Assembly (NCBI GenBank): GCA_051294375.1
Contig: CM119268.1
Coordinates: 5,442,077 to 5,506,076, forward strand
Source of the DNA: Paraspadella gotoi
Taxonomy: Eukaryota; Animalia; Chaetognatha
Length of the DNA: 64,000 nt
Direction: 5' to 3'
Shown here piece by piece: positions 39,881 to 53,085 of the stretch. The notes beneath the pieces were generated by a model. The model ran no database searches. It saw nothing but the letters and a program-made list of their open reading frames with translations, and was not told the DNA's origin. Every line of letters begins with the position of its first letter. Position 1 is the first letter of the stretch. A program made the position numbers and the translations under genes.

Positions 39881-42017
39881 CTGAAAAACAAGAGAACAAG
39901 GGGATCTCAGTTTGGGGCGGAAAACGGCGACGACGATGTAGACGACGACGATGCAGACGACGACGATGTAGACGACGACGATATGGAAGACGACGAAGAC
40001 GAAGAAGATGACAGAGAGAAAAAGAGCCCCCATGGAGACGACAACTATGAAGGCGATGACAAAGACTATGACGATGAGATTGACAAATAGAATGACAGAA
40101 CCAAATGTGAAGACGAGAAAGTCGGTGACGACGATGACGACGACGACAAAAAACGCGTCACTCTTCACGTCAATGAAAACAAAAAAATCGAATGACAATA
40201 ACAGAAAAAAAAAGACAACTCAAAAACTTCAACAATTTTAAAAATAACAGTTGGGGGGAAAATCGATACAATTTTTCATGAAGTTAAAACGAGTAAATAG
40301 AAAACATAAAATGAATGAAAAAATATAAAAATAAGAAAGAAAAGTAGAAAGTCTAAAGAATGAACAATTATTGAATATTCAATGATGAGCCAGATGTTCA
40401 GCATAGACGCGGCATTTGCGGCATTTACAGCATTTTCGGCATTTACGGACCTTTTTCCAAAGGACGTCCGGGAATCGAGACTTGGTCGTCGTTGTCGTCG
40501 TCGTCGTCGTCGCCGTCGACGACCGCGACGACGAAAACCAAAATTTCATATTTTTTTGTTTTTTTTTTTTGTTTTTTTTTTCCTGTTTTTTTTTGTTTTG
40601 TCTCAGTTGGAGAGTTTACAAATTTACTTCGGAGATTTTTGATATATTAATTTGAATAAATTAATGAAAATTATTTTTAAATATACTTTAACAGGAAAAC
40701 AAGAAAAAGCAAGACAATGAGAAAAAAATTAAAGAGAGAGAGAGAGAGAGAGAGAGAAGAGAAGAGAGAGAGAGAGATGACAGAGAAGAGAGACGAGAGA
40801 GACGGAGAAGAGGAGGAGACCACACAACCACAGTCTCCTCGCCAATTATCTCGATTGGTTTGTTTTAAAGTCCGACGTCGGGGAGTTGTTTATGTCGGCG
40901 TCGGTCGAAGTCGGGCGGCGTCGGTCGAAGTCGGGCGGCGTCGGGGGGCGTCCTGTGGTGTCCGGCGGCGTTCTGGTGGCGTCGGTAGCGAGAGGTGGAG
41001 TCGGGTGGCGTCGATCGGTGTCGGGGAGAAGAAGGGCGGCGTCTGGGCGGCGGGTGGCGTTTTTGATCAGCGTCGGGCGGGCGCCAATTTTTGTCATATA
41101 GCGTCAGACGGCGTCGGGTGGCGTTATGGTGGCGGGCCAAGTTTGTCGGGGGTTCGGGTCTTGCGGCGTTGGCTGGCTACTGGCGGCGTGTAGTGGCGTC
41201 GGACGTCGTTGGGTCGCGTCGGACTTTGTCGGGCAGCGTCGTGCGGTGCTGACGGCTCTCAAGCTTTTTCGGGGTCGGAGTGGCGTCGGTGTGATTTCCG
41301 GCGTCTGAGGCGTCTGGCTTCGAACGGCCTCCTTTTAATCGAATCCGACTAACTGTGACGTCATCAAAACGAAAATTTAAAAAGTTAAAACAAGAATGTT
41401 CTGGCACCGGAGAGGAGAAAAGTGGCCGGCCCGGATTGCAATGTCGATTTCGTGCCGATCGCAAAACCGATTGCAGTGAAGATTGCTGTGCTGATTGCAG
41501 TGCCTTGATTGCATTGCCGATTTGCTGCGTTGGTGGGAAAATACGCCGACGAAAATTTTTTGAGTAGCAATTTCATTCATCTGTGTGAGTATTCTGATGC
41601 CAGACGTTTGTTGAAATATGAGATGTCAGTTACCAAACAATATTTTGAATGTCAGATGCCATATGCCATATGTCAAATGCCAGATAACGGGATATGAAAT
41701 GGCTTAGGAGATGGAGTACTTAAGAAATTACCGGTATGCTTCTCAACATTTGATTTTAATAATTAATTTTCGTAGCAGACGGTCAACCCGGCTATCCAAA
41801 TACAGGAGATTGCGGGCACCCGGAGTAATTTCCGGGCAATCTTCGGAGTAATTGCCGGCCGCAACTTCCGGAAGTTAATTGCCGGCGCAACTGCCGGAGT
41901 AATTACGGCGATGCGAGTAATAGCAGATTAATCCGAGTTTTCCAATGGCGGAAAGCTCGACTGTTCGATGGTCCGACGAATGCGACGATTGCAATGACGG
42001 CCGTTGACCAACGGTGG

Positions 42018-42048
<31 letters not shown>

Positions 42049-42056
42049 CTCTCTCT

Positions 42057-42096
<40 letters not shown>

Positions 42097-42646
42097 TCTC
42101 CTCTCTCTTCTCTCTCTCTCAATAAAAGTGGGAGTTTTTTCGTGTGCGGGCGACGATTTCCGTTCGAAACGATCCATTCCTCCTTTCTCTCGGTGAAGTC
42201 TTTATAATATTATTATGATTATTAACCTCCCGCCCTTTTTATTTTGTTGGGGGGGCGAGGTCAATTCAAAGGGGAACATGACTTATTTTGGTGCAGGTGG
42301 GAGGAGGGGGGGAAGAGGAGGAGGAGCAGGAAGAGAAGGAGTAAGAACTTTACGTAAAATGAGGAGAAAAAAAAAAGAAGAAAATTAACAGACAGTTTAC
42401 GTGTATGTTGAACTGTAGTTCGATTGGCAGAACTTTAGAGTTAATTGTTGATGTATTGAGTCGGATCTGCCTATCATCGTCGTCATCGTGCGCCGTTCGT
42501 CGTTATCGTCGTCGTTATCGTCGTTTTGTTTTGATTCTAAATTTGCGTCATTAACGAAAAATGAAGAAATACAAAAAAAAAAAAAAAAAAAATACTCATA
42601 TCTTCGTAATTACTATTTATTTTAGCAATGTTACAGTGGCTAATAA

Positions 42647-43300
42647 TATATGCGATTTTATTCGAATACAACGAGTTGATTCAGTACAATCATCATCAAC
42701 AAACAAACAAACAAAGACAGACTAAGTCTAAGCAAAAAACATAAAATAGAGAGAAAAAAAAACAGTTATTAAATAAAATTAATTAATTAAAATTTAAACA
42801 ATTAAAAATTGTTCTTATGTTGTAAAAATGGAACAAGTTTCTGAAGAACAGTATTTTTCATTGTATATATCTTTGAGATAAAGGTTTTCTTACGATTATT
42901 AAAAATTGGTAGATAGGTCGTGGTATCCAAACATACTCCTAAGTTCTCTCACACTTTCCCATCGATTATATCCCAAAAATCTTTCGTACACCATCATTTA
43001 CAGCAACATTAAGTCTATTCATATTACGTACAGAAAAAGTTTTTACTTCACAACCATAAAGGAGAACCGGAACACAGTTAGTATAATACAATTTCATCAA
43101 TAATTCCTCTGAAGGTTTTAACAAGGCATTTATCAAAACAGTTACTTGATCTAAAAAAAGATACCAATTCTTTGCTTGGCTCAAAACAAGCTGTCTCTTT
43201 CACTACTAAGGTTGAACCCTAGATATGTCCATTTATCAACTAGATCGATACAGTTACCATCGAGAAAAAGTATATCATTTGGAATTGTAGTTTGCCACTT
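42647..43300 (-). mobile_element. Decayed non-LTR retrotransposon (LINE) 3' end: RT C-terminus/thumb plus 3' UTR
   Basis: Translates with frameshifts and a stop as LDGNCIDLVDKWTYLG...SFFRSSN...KPSEELLMKLYYTNCVPVLLYGCEVK...AVNDGVRKIFG/YNRWESVRELR. YLG and LLYGCE are typical non-LTR RT motifs. It ends in AATAAA plus a short (ATT)-type tail, and its 5' part is lost in a gap. Confidence 0.85.
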
Positions 43301-43889
43301 NNNNNNNNNNNNNNNNNNNNNNNNNGGCGTCGGACGTCGTTGGGTCGCGTCGGACTTTGTCGGGCAGCGTCGTGCGGTGCTGAACGGCTCTCAAGTTTTT
43401 TCGGGGTCGGGTGGCGTCGGGTGATTTCCGGCGTCTGGCGTCTGGCTTCGAACGGCCTCCTTTTATCGAATCCGACGAACTGTGACGTCATCAAACACGA
43501 AATTTAAAAGTTAAAAACAAGAATTTCTGGCACCGGAGAGGAGAAAAGTGCCGCGCCGGATTGCAATGTCGATTTCAGTGCCGATCGCAAAACCGATTGC
43601 AGTGAAGATTGCTGTGCTGATTGCAGTGCCGATTGCATTGCCGATTTGCTGCGTTGGTGGGAAAATACGCCGACGAAAATTTTGAGTAGCATTCATTCAG
43701 CTGTGAGATATCTAATGCCAGACGTTTGTTGAAATATGAGATGTCAGTTACCAAACAATATTTGAAATGTCAGATGCCATATGCCATATGTCAAATGCCA
43801 GATAACGGATATGAAATGCTGAAAGAGGACTTAAGAAATTCCGGTATGCTTCCCACATTTGATTTTAATAATTAATTTTCGTAGCAGAT

Positions 43890-44008
43890 ACCGGCTCAAC
43901 TGCCGGAGTAATTTCCGGCAAAATTACAGGAGTAATTGCCGGCGCAACTTCCGGAGTAATTGCCGGCGCAACTGCCGGAGTAATTACCGGCGCAACTGCC
44001 GGAGTAAT
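43890..44008. repeat. 24-bp GC-rich repeat (GGAGTAATTGCCGGCGCAACTGCC)n
   Basis: About 5 units; a noisy copy lies at about 41810-41920. Confidence 0.75.
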
Positions 44009-44116
44009 AGCCAGATTAATCCGAGTTTTCCAATGGCGGAAGCTCGACTGTTCGATGGTCCGGACGAATGACGATTGCAATGACGGCCGTTGGACCAACG
44101 TTGTCTCTCTCTCTCT

Positions 44117-44215
<99 letters not shown>

Positions 44216-45630
44216 AATAAAAAGTGGGAGTTTTTTCGTGTCGGGCGACGATTTCCGTTCGAACGTCCATTCCTCCTTTCTCTCGGTGAAGTCTTATAAT
44301 ATTATTATGATTATTACCTCCCGCCCTTTTTATTTTGTTGGGGCGCCGGGTGAGGTCATTCAAATGGGAACATGACTTATTTTGGGCGGTGGGAGGAGGA
44401 GGAGGAAGAGGAGGAGGAGCAGGAAGAGAAGGAGTAAGAATTTAACGTAATATGAGGAGAAAAAAAAAAGAAGAAAATTAACAGACATTACGGTAGTTGA
44501 CTGTAGTTCGATTGGCAGAATTTAGAGTTAATTGTTGATGTATTGAGTCTGATCTGCCTATCATCGTCGTCATCGTCGCCGCCGTCGTCGTTATCGTCGT
44601 CGTTATCGTCGTTTTTGTTTTTTGATTCTAAATTTTGCGTCATTAACGAAAATGAAGAAAAATAACAAAAAAANNNNNNNNNNAACTCAAGTATCTCGTA
44701 ATTTACTATTTATTTAGCCAAATGTTACAGTGGCTAATAAAAGCTCGAAATTAAAAGAGTTCGCTATTTACATAAAAAATCGTAGTTTGTATCAAACTAA
44801 ACTTTATCTAAACTATTTAATTTTTTAAAAAAATTATATTAATTTTGTCTCGTGATTATGTAGCGGTTTTAATTATAAACGTTCAACCTATCAATCGTTA
44901 ATAACATATTATTAACTTTTTCCATTTGGATCGACATTTCACAGAATTTTCCACGATCTGTGACTCAGACTCACGAAAAGGAATTTCGAGAATGAATCTT
45001 TGATGTTTGGAGATCGAATCACAATTCACAAGAGTCGTGAAAACTGTTTTTCCGTGACTGTTTGTCAATGCGGACTTTATGATAAAAAAAATTATAGAGG
45101 AATTACGGAAGAGTCTTTTTTTAATTGAAGGGATATTATTTTAAAGAGTTTCGTGTTTAAAGACCAAATTTTCATAAAATTAAACAAAGCGTTAATCAAT
45201 AAATCTATCATGTATCATTATTATGCATTACGTATCACATACTATGAACAGTTTTAAGACGCACAGTGATGATATACATTTTTTAAACGAATTTTAAACT
45301 GAATCGTTTGGTTTAAACAAAAGAGATGAATATTCCATAAATTTTTAGAATTGTCTCAGACATGAATGACTCATTCTCAAACTGAAAGGGAAAAAAATCA
45401 TCTTTTTATTGGAATTCGAAAGAAAAGAAAAAAAAAAGGAAAAAAGAAAATCATAGAAATACCCAAGTTTCGTCGCGAGGATCAGAATTCGAAATAAAGA
45501 TTTTTTAAAAAAAATATGAATTGGATTGGCCTCATTCAATCGTTTTAGATAATATATCTAAGCGATAAATAAACTCGCAAAAGGCGCAAAATTTTAAACC
45601 AATTTCTTAATTTTGAATTTTTAGCATCAA

Positions 45631-45807
45631 AAATGGAATTTAGCATTTCTAAATGAAATCTAGCTTTACAAAAATGGAATTAAGCTTTTAAAAGTGGAAT
45701 TTAGTTTTTATAAATTAAATCTAGTTTTAATAAATAAAATTTTGCTTTCAAAAATAGAATCTAGCTTTTAAAAATAGAATTTAGCTTTTAAAAATAGAAT
45801 TTAGCCT
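45631..45807. repeat. 21-bp degenerate tandem repeat (AAAATRGAATYTAGCTTTTAA)
   Basis: About 8 units by direct reading. Confidence 0.7.
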
Positions 45808-45998
45808 TAACTGAGAAAAAACCTCGCCGCAACAAATTCTTTTTAAATATTATTAATCAAAATTTTTTTTTTATTTAAAAATCCGTTAATTTGTTCGCAT
45901 GATTTTTGACTCAATTATATTTTTTTCTTTTTCGAATGTTTTCGCCTTTAACGATGGATATGAAAAAAAAAGGAGGAGAGAGATTTAGAGAGAGAGGA

Positions 45999-46078
<80 letters not shown>

Positions 46079-46435
46079 AGATAAGAGGAGATGAGAGAGA
46101 GGAGAGGGGAAAGAGAGAGGATGTCGTCAAAATCGTAAAAGAATAAAAAAAATCAAAAGTAGATGAAATTAACGCAAAACGAAATTATCAGCACGAGGAT
46201 TAGAGAAGATAAGATAAGATAAGACAGGAAAAGGGAGGAAGATATATATAGGAAGAGAAGAGAATAGAGATAGAGATCGATACTTATTGCGAAGTCGTCG
46301 ACGCGAATAAAAGCCATAAAAAAGAAAAGAATAAAAAAATTAAAACTAAAAAAATCATTAAAGATTGAAAAGTAAAAATGACACGAGATCGATAAAAAGA
46401 GCCAGGCCCGAAGACGAAGACGCTCGGCGACAAAA

Positions 46436-46545
<110 letters not shown>

Positions 46546-46876
46546 AGCCCAAAACGGAGGCGACAACCAAATCAGGAAGAAGCGACACGATTTTTCGACA
46601 AATCAGAAGAGAGAAAATCAAAATACAATTTCTAAACATGAAATGCCGTACAATGTACTGTGTAGATGCTGAATACATTGCCGTGTATACATTGGGGATG
46701 TGTTGAACGCGTTAATGAAATCCCGCATTCAAAATATGTTAGAAGTTTATATGCGTTTATATATATTGGAAATAAAAAGAAAGAAAGAAAGAAATAAAGA
46801 AAGAAAAAAAGAAAGAAAGAAAGAAAGAAGGAAAGAATGAAAGAATGAAAGAAAGAAGGAAAGAAATAAAGAAATA

Positions 46877-46996
<120 letters not shown>

Positions 46997-47158
46997 AAAT
47001 AGAATAACATAGCGACAACCAGAAAACGTTATAAGAAAAAAAACCAAAAAAAACTATATAATAAAGAACAGAACAGACAAAAGAACGAATAGAATATTAA
47101 ACAAAAGAACAAACATGACGAACAAAATTCGAACATAAGAAAAACGAGTTTAACTCAC

Positions 47159-47221
47159 CGCGTAAAAGTTATTCCTCGTCCCCCAGGGGGAGTAAGGATC
47201 CAAGGCCGCTCCGGCCGCCAT
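47159..47221 (-). CDS. Coding exon 1 of an uncharacterised minus-strand gene (MAAGAALDPYSPWGTRNNFYA)
   Basis: ATG in AAGATGGCG context with an in-frame TAA four codons upstream. The exon is 63 nt and ends GCG|GTGAGT (phase 0), matching the phase-0 acceptor at 39880. Confidence 0.75.
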
Positions 47222-47796
47222 CTTTGACGCTTAACGTCTCTGTCTCTATCGCGCTTTTTGCGTCCGCTTTTGACCGGCAGGTGGCGACGGGGACGGCGGC
47301 GGAGGATGCGGGGTTTTCGATGAACCAAAACCTTTCGTTGTTTTGATGCTCACATGGTTTTCGTCGTTGTCGTCGTTGTTGTCGTTGTTGTCGTTGTTGT
47401 TGTCGTTGTTGATTCCTCACTTTTGCGCTTTTGTTCACATTTTTTTTTCAACGAAGCGACGAAAACACGATGGCGTCACTCCCTCTCTATCTCGCTTTCG
47501 CTCACGCAAACCGTCCTTCTCTCTCTCTCTCTCGCTCGCTCTTTTAATTTTCGTCTCGCTCGCGCGCTGGTTTTTCCCCCGTTTCAATTAAGTGTTTTTT
47601 GTTTGCAATAATTTATTTTTAATTATATTATTTTCCTGTGGAAAAAAGAGAGAGAGAAACATGAAAACGAGTTTTATATTTTTGAAAAATGAATGACCGG
47701 GGGGAGAAGAGAAATTCACGAAGCCAGAGGGGGGAGATAATGTTAAATATTCATAAAACTACGAAATATTTAAAAGGAAAAAGAGAGAGATGAAGA

Positions 47797-47835
<39 letters not shown>

Positions 47836-48300
47836 AGAGAGAGAGAGAGACGAGAACGAGCGATCAAAAATAAAACTATGGGTGTCGTTCCATTTCGATT
47901 CCATAAATCATTTTCATTTCAACGCGATTTTAGTTTAAAAAAAAAGAAGAGAAAAACGTAATAAAAGTTTTTGCGAGTTTTTTTTTTTTTTTTTAAGGCG
48001 ACTTTTTTATATTTATAGTATTTCAGATTCGATGTAACGCATGTTTTTTTAGTTTTATACTTATACATAAGAAACGAGTTTTTTTTTTTATCATAAGGAC
48101 GAATAGTTTTGGCAAAGAACAAACATTAAGGATGAACCGTTATTTTTTATTATTAGAGGACAAACGTTTTTATCACAAAGAAGAACGTATTTTTCGAAAG
48201 GATGAATTTTTTTTTATCACAGGACGAATTTTATCATGAAATGACAAACGTCGAAACGATAAAAATCCAAGTTGAGTTTTTATCTGTGATTGTCTGTCGG

Positions 48301-48417
<117 letters not shown>

Positions 48418-49400
48418 GGAGTCGTTTGAAAGGTTTCGACTTTGATAAAATGCGTGGTCGTTATGATGTGGGCGTTGCTGTTATTGTCGGTGCTGTTGTT
48501 GTCGGTGCTGTTGTTGTTGGTGCTGTTGTAGTCGGTGCTGGGGATCTTATAATGATTTATATGAAACTTGCAAAATTACTTGTTTCACTTTTTAGATCTT
48601 ATAATATTAATATTTAAAGTCTTACTGTTTCTTTTATATTTTTTGTTTATAGTTTCTATTTTTTATATGTTTTATCCTTTTTTTTATATCCTCTGGAAAT
48701 AAAGGGAGCATCTATACAACACGTTTAAAATACTTTCTTAATATTTCTTTTCAATTTTGGATATTCCCTTTAATTGACATTTTGATATTTTTTCGTCATT
48801 TTTTTCCATTTGTTCATTTTGTTTGTTTATTTTTTCCCGCGAATAAAACGAAAATTTGTTCTCGTATCGGGAATGTTTATCGATTTTCTATTTTTAATTA
48901 TTTGCCACAAATTTTATGCTTCTTATGAATCACTGATCACAAATATCACGCCTTTTTTTCCGTTTTTTTTAAAACGAGATGAGGATCATAAGTGGCGTTT
49001 TGTCGTCGTCGTCGTCGTCGTCGTCGTCATCATCAATCTTTTCTGTTTAATAAAAGGAAAAACCGCAAAAAATAAAATATAAAAGGAGATGATGGAAGCA
49101 GAAACATGAAATTGTGAGGGACGAGTCGAACAAATGAACAATCTGTTTAAAAGTAATTAAAAAAAGATAAATCTATAAACTAAAAATTAATTTACATATA
49201 TATATGTTTCACGGAAACTACTGGTTAATTATAAAACTTTTTTTTAGAGGGAAGAGTCGTGGAAAAGTTTGGTGGCAGTTAATGACGTAATATAAATTAT
49301 AAATTAAACATTTAAAAAAAAATTTACCAATATGCTTTGTAATATAAAATATTAGCTAGGACTTGTTAAGATTTCGTCTGTCTCATTAAAAACAGAGAGA

Positions 49401-49453
<53 letters not shown>

Positions 49454-49680
49454 GAATTCAGAATCGGAGGAGAAATCATGTTCGTCGTCGTCGTTTTTGT
49501 TGTTGTTGTTGTTGTTGTCGTTGTGATCTCCATCTCAGTCATCGAAACGACTGCGTTGGTGTGATGACGTCAATTTCGATGACGATGATGATGATGATGA
49601 TGATGACGATGATGACGATGATGATCATGGCGTCAATTATGATGTGAATTTCGACTTCAAGAAACAAATAAAGAATTTCG

Positions 49681-49771
49681 TCATTCATTCATTCATTCAT
49701 TCATTCATTCATTCATTCATTCATTCATTCATTCATTCATTCATTCATTCATTCATTCATTCATTCATTCA
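49681..49771. repeat. (TCAT)n microsatellite
   Basis: Direct reading. Confidence 0.9.
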
Positions 49772-50282
49772 GTCGTTCGTTATTCTTGAGTTCATCGTCG
49801 TGATTCAAACCTAAGTGAATCACGCGTTTGAGATTCGCTGTCATATTTCGTTTCACTAGAGTTCACACATGAAAACGGATGAATGTTGCTTGCCCCTATT
49901 ATGTAGGAAACAGTTTTGAGTTGCGGCTCTTCGGTCGGTCGGTCTGTCGGTCCGTCCGTCCGTCGGTCCGGTGGTCTGTCCCATTTCCGTTTCAAAATCT
50001 TATACATGCTTTCTAACTTCCCTTTGGTTTTTATTTCGTTATTTTTGATCAAAAAATTAGTATAAAAGAATAAAAGACGGAATTCCGATTCAAAGCGTGA
50101 CAAGGTAATCACGTGATCACCCGGAAATGTGAAAAGAGAGTCACTGCGGCGCAACACATTGGTATCACCGTTCTTGTTCTCTTTTCCCAAACATTTAATC
50201 AGAAGCGGAAGACGTTGCCGACGGAAGTTCATCTTCCGTCGAACACAAGACCCTTGAACTTCGGATCGGCCTGTTTACTCTT

Positions 50283-50403
50283 TAGCAAGTGACCACTGGT
50301 CGGTTCGACTCCCCACGCTGCTCTCTTGTATGACTCGTCAGGGCGCGGACCCGAGTCCTTTGGGTTGGGAGCAGCCGCCGAGTAGTGGGGTCATTTCGTC
50401 ATA
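50283..50403. ncRNA. Structured element: Pol III B-box on + strand, hammerhead-like core on - strand
   Basis: GGTTCGACTCC at 50302-50312 (+). On the - strand: TATGAC-GAAA ... TC-GGCG ... CGCC-CTGACGA-GTCATA. Confidence 0.4.
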
Positions 50404-51030
50404 TGTACCACGAGCACCACTTCCCGCGAAATATTCATCTCAAAATATATGACGCATTAATAATGTTTCGCGCCATTTTACGTCTTTATTTCCCCAAGTT
50501 CCAACTCTCTCATCGCCATCTCACGTCACGCTGTCTCGCGTCACGTCATCTCACGTCACGCCGTCTTGTGTCACGTCAACCCACGTCACGCCCTCTGGTG
50601 TTGCGTAAATTCACGTCCCTGTCTGCGTGTTGGACCACTCGGCGTGGAAACAGAGAGAAGACAGACAGGCACAGAGAGAGAATGGATGAAAAAAAAAAAA
50701 GAGAGAGATGAGAGAGAGAGAGAGAGAGAGAGAAGGAGAGAGAGAGAGAGAGAGAGAGACGAGACTAGCAGGCCAAGTTAATTGTAACGATGTACATTGT
50801 ACAGGCCATTAAAAAACACGCAAATTACAGTAAACGTTCAGCGCAATCTAACCAATTATACGAATCAATAAAACCCAAGAGAGAATGAAAGAAAAGAAAA
50901 AAAAAGAAAAGAAAAGAAAAGAAAAGAAAAGAAAAGAAAAGAAAAGAAAAGAAAAGTAAATTTCTTCCCCGAGTTGAAAATGACACTCGATATTTCTATG
51001 GTCCACTTTTTCTGAAGCGGTTCGACCTGA

Positions 51031-51340
51031 GATGATGTCAGCTGATGACATCCAATATCAGCTGATGTAATTCAATGTCAGTTGATGTCCTCCAATGTCA
51101 GCTGATGTCACCCAATGTCAGCTGATGTCATTCAATGTCAGCTAATGTCATCTAATGTCAGCTGATGTCACCCTATGTCAGCTGATATCATCCAATGTCA
51201 GCTGATGTCATTCAATGTCAGTTGATGTCCTCCAATGTCAGCTGATGTCACCCAATGTCAGCTGATGTCATTCAATGTCAGCTAATGTCATCTAATGTCA
51301 GCTGATGTCATCCAATGTCAGCGGATGTCGTTTGATGTCA
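51031..51340. repeat. 20-bp minisatellite (YYCAATGTCAGCTGATGTCA)n with 140-bp higher-order period
   Basis: Variant GTTGATGTCC at 51081 and 51221; variant GCTAATGTCA at 51141 and 51281. Confidence 0.9.
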
Positions 51341-52014
51341 GTTCAATATCAACGCATGCGATTCTAATTAATACCAACGAAGACAGTTGTGTTTGTTAAA
51401 GACAAAAATAAGCATTGATAAGAAACCTTATCAAAAACAGGGTATATTTTTGTTTTGAAGTAATAAATGAAAAAAATATTCAGTTTAATTTAGTTTGACT
51501 TTTTTTGGCAGAAAATGAAATCATAAAAAAAAGTTGATTAGACCGCGTGGCAAAAAAAGAAAAAAAAACAGCTCTATAACTTTTTTAGCACCTCAACTTG
51601 AAAACAGCACGCAAGTTTCTAAAGTTGACATGTATGTAGGAACTGTTTATATTTTTAAATTATACGTATATAGCAGAAGAAAATATAGTAAAAAGATTTC
51701 GAAAGAAAAGGAAAGAAAAAGAGAGGAAAAAAAGAAAAGAGAAGAAAAGAAAAGTATTTAAAAAGAACAGGAAATTATAAGGTTAAGTTATATATGAATT
51801 AGGCAATAGAATCTAATAGGAATGAAGAGGAGCTATGTTACATTGTATTATATTGAATTTTGCTTAATAGGAAAGACCGCAATGAGCATGGTCATCTTCA
51901 TCGTCGTCGTAGTCGTCGTCGTCGTCGTCGTCGTCAGCGTCATCGTCATCGTTGCTGCGGTTTTACTGATGGCAAACATGCGTTTCATTTCCAGAGGCTT
52001 TGGTACTAAGTGTG

Positions 52015-52060
<46 letters not shown>

Positions 52061-53051
52061 AGTCCTTGTCGGCCATTGTCATCAACAGATTCATTAAGGA
52101 TCATCGTCGTCATTGTCGGCATCGTCGTCGTTGCGGTCGTCGTCGTCGTCTTCATCGTCGTCTTCGTCGTCGTCTTCGTCGTCGTCTTTGTCTTCGTTCT
52201 CATCAATCGTCAAATCTTTGAAACCAAATCTTGAAAAATCCAAAATCCTCAAAATCGACAAATTTCAGATTAAAAAAAAAAGAAATTATTTCTTTTTTTT
52301 AATTTTTTTTTTTTTATTAATTTTTTTCGTGAGAATTATTTCTTCTTATTCTTCCGTGTCGTTTTCCTTTTCTTTGTTCTTCCATTTATTCTCCTTTTGG
52401 TTATAAACTGAATGATAAGAATCTTGTTTTAACCAGCGTGTCGATTGAGATAGTTAGACTGCTTTAATAGCTGCACATTGGATAGTCAGTCAGTCTGTCT
52501 GTCAAGATAAACAAAACCAAAGTCTATTAATTCGATCCGGAAATCGTTTAATCGGCCTCCAGAGAAATTTGTCTCGTGACAAACATTTAATCCGTTTATG
52601 TATAAACAACGAAAAAAAAGAAAAGGAGAAAAAAAAATAAATAAAAAAGAAAATAGAAAACCAGAAAAAAACAAAAAAGGAACAAGAAAAATTATTAGTT
52701 TTAAAAAAGATTTCAAAACTATAAGTTATACGACGGACCGACAAATCCCCCGAAAGGACCCGACATTGTGCCGACACTAACCGACCCTCACATTACAAAT
52801 ATAGACACACACACAGANNNNNNNNNNNNNNNNNNNNNNNNNNNNNNNNNNNNNNNNNNNNNNNNNNNNNNNNNNNNNNNNNNNNNNNNNNNNNNNNNNN
52901 NNNNNNNNNNNNNNNNNNNNNNNNNNNNNNNNNNNNNNNNNNNNNNNNNNNNNNNNNNNNNNNNNNNNNNNNNNNNNNNNNNNNNNNNNNNNNNNNNNNN
53001 NNNNNNNNNNNNNNNNNNNNNNNNNNNNNNNNNNNNNNNNNNNNNNNNNNN

Positions 53052-53085
<34 letters not shown>

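Larger units (their letters stand above)
41195..44740 (+). repeat. Direct duplication 41195-42646 / 43326-44740 across a 25-N gap
   Basis: Colinear near-identical sequence with indel noise in the first copy. Confidence 0.9.

Noticed and set aside
40866-41310. GC-rich island with ORFs on both strands
   Set aside because: It is built from degenerate GGCGTC/GTCGG repeats with no splice sites; it is more likely a repeat-element interior than an exon.
50283-50320. tRNA gene
   Set aside because: A B-box is present, but no cloverleaf or properly spaced A-box could be built.
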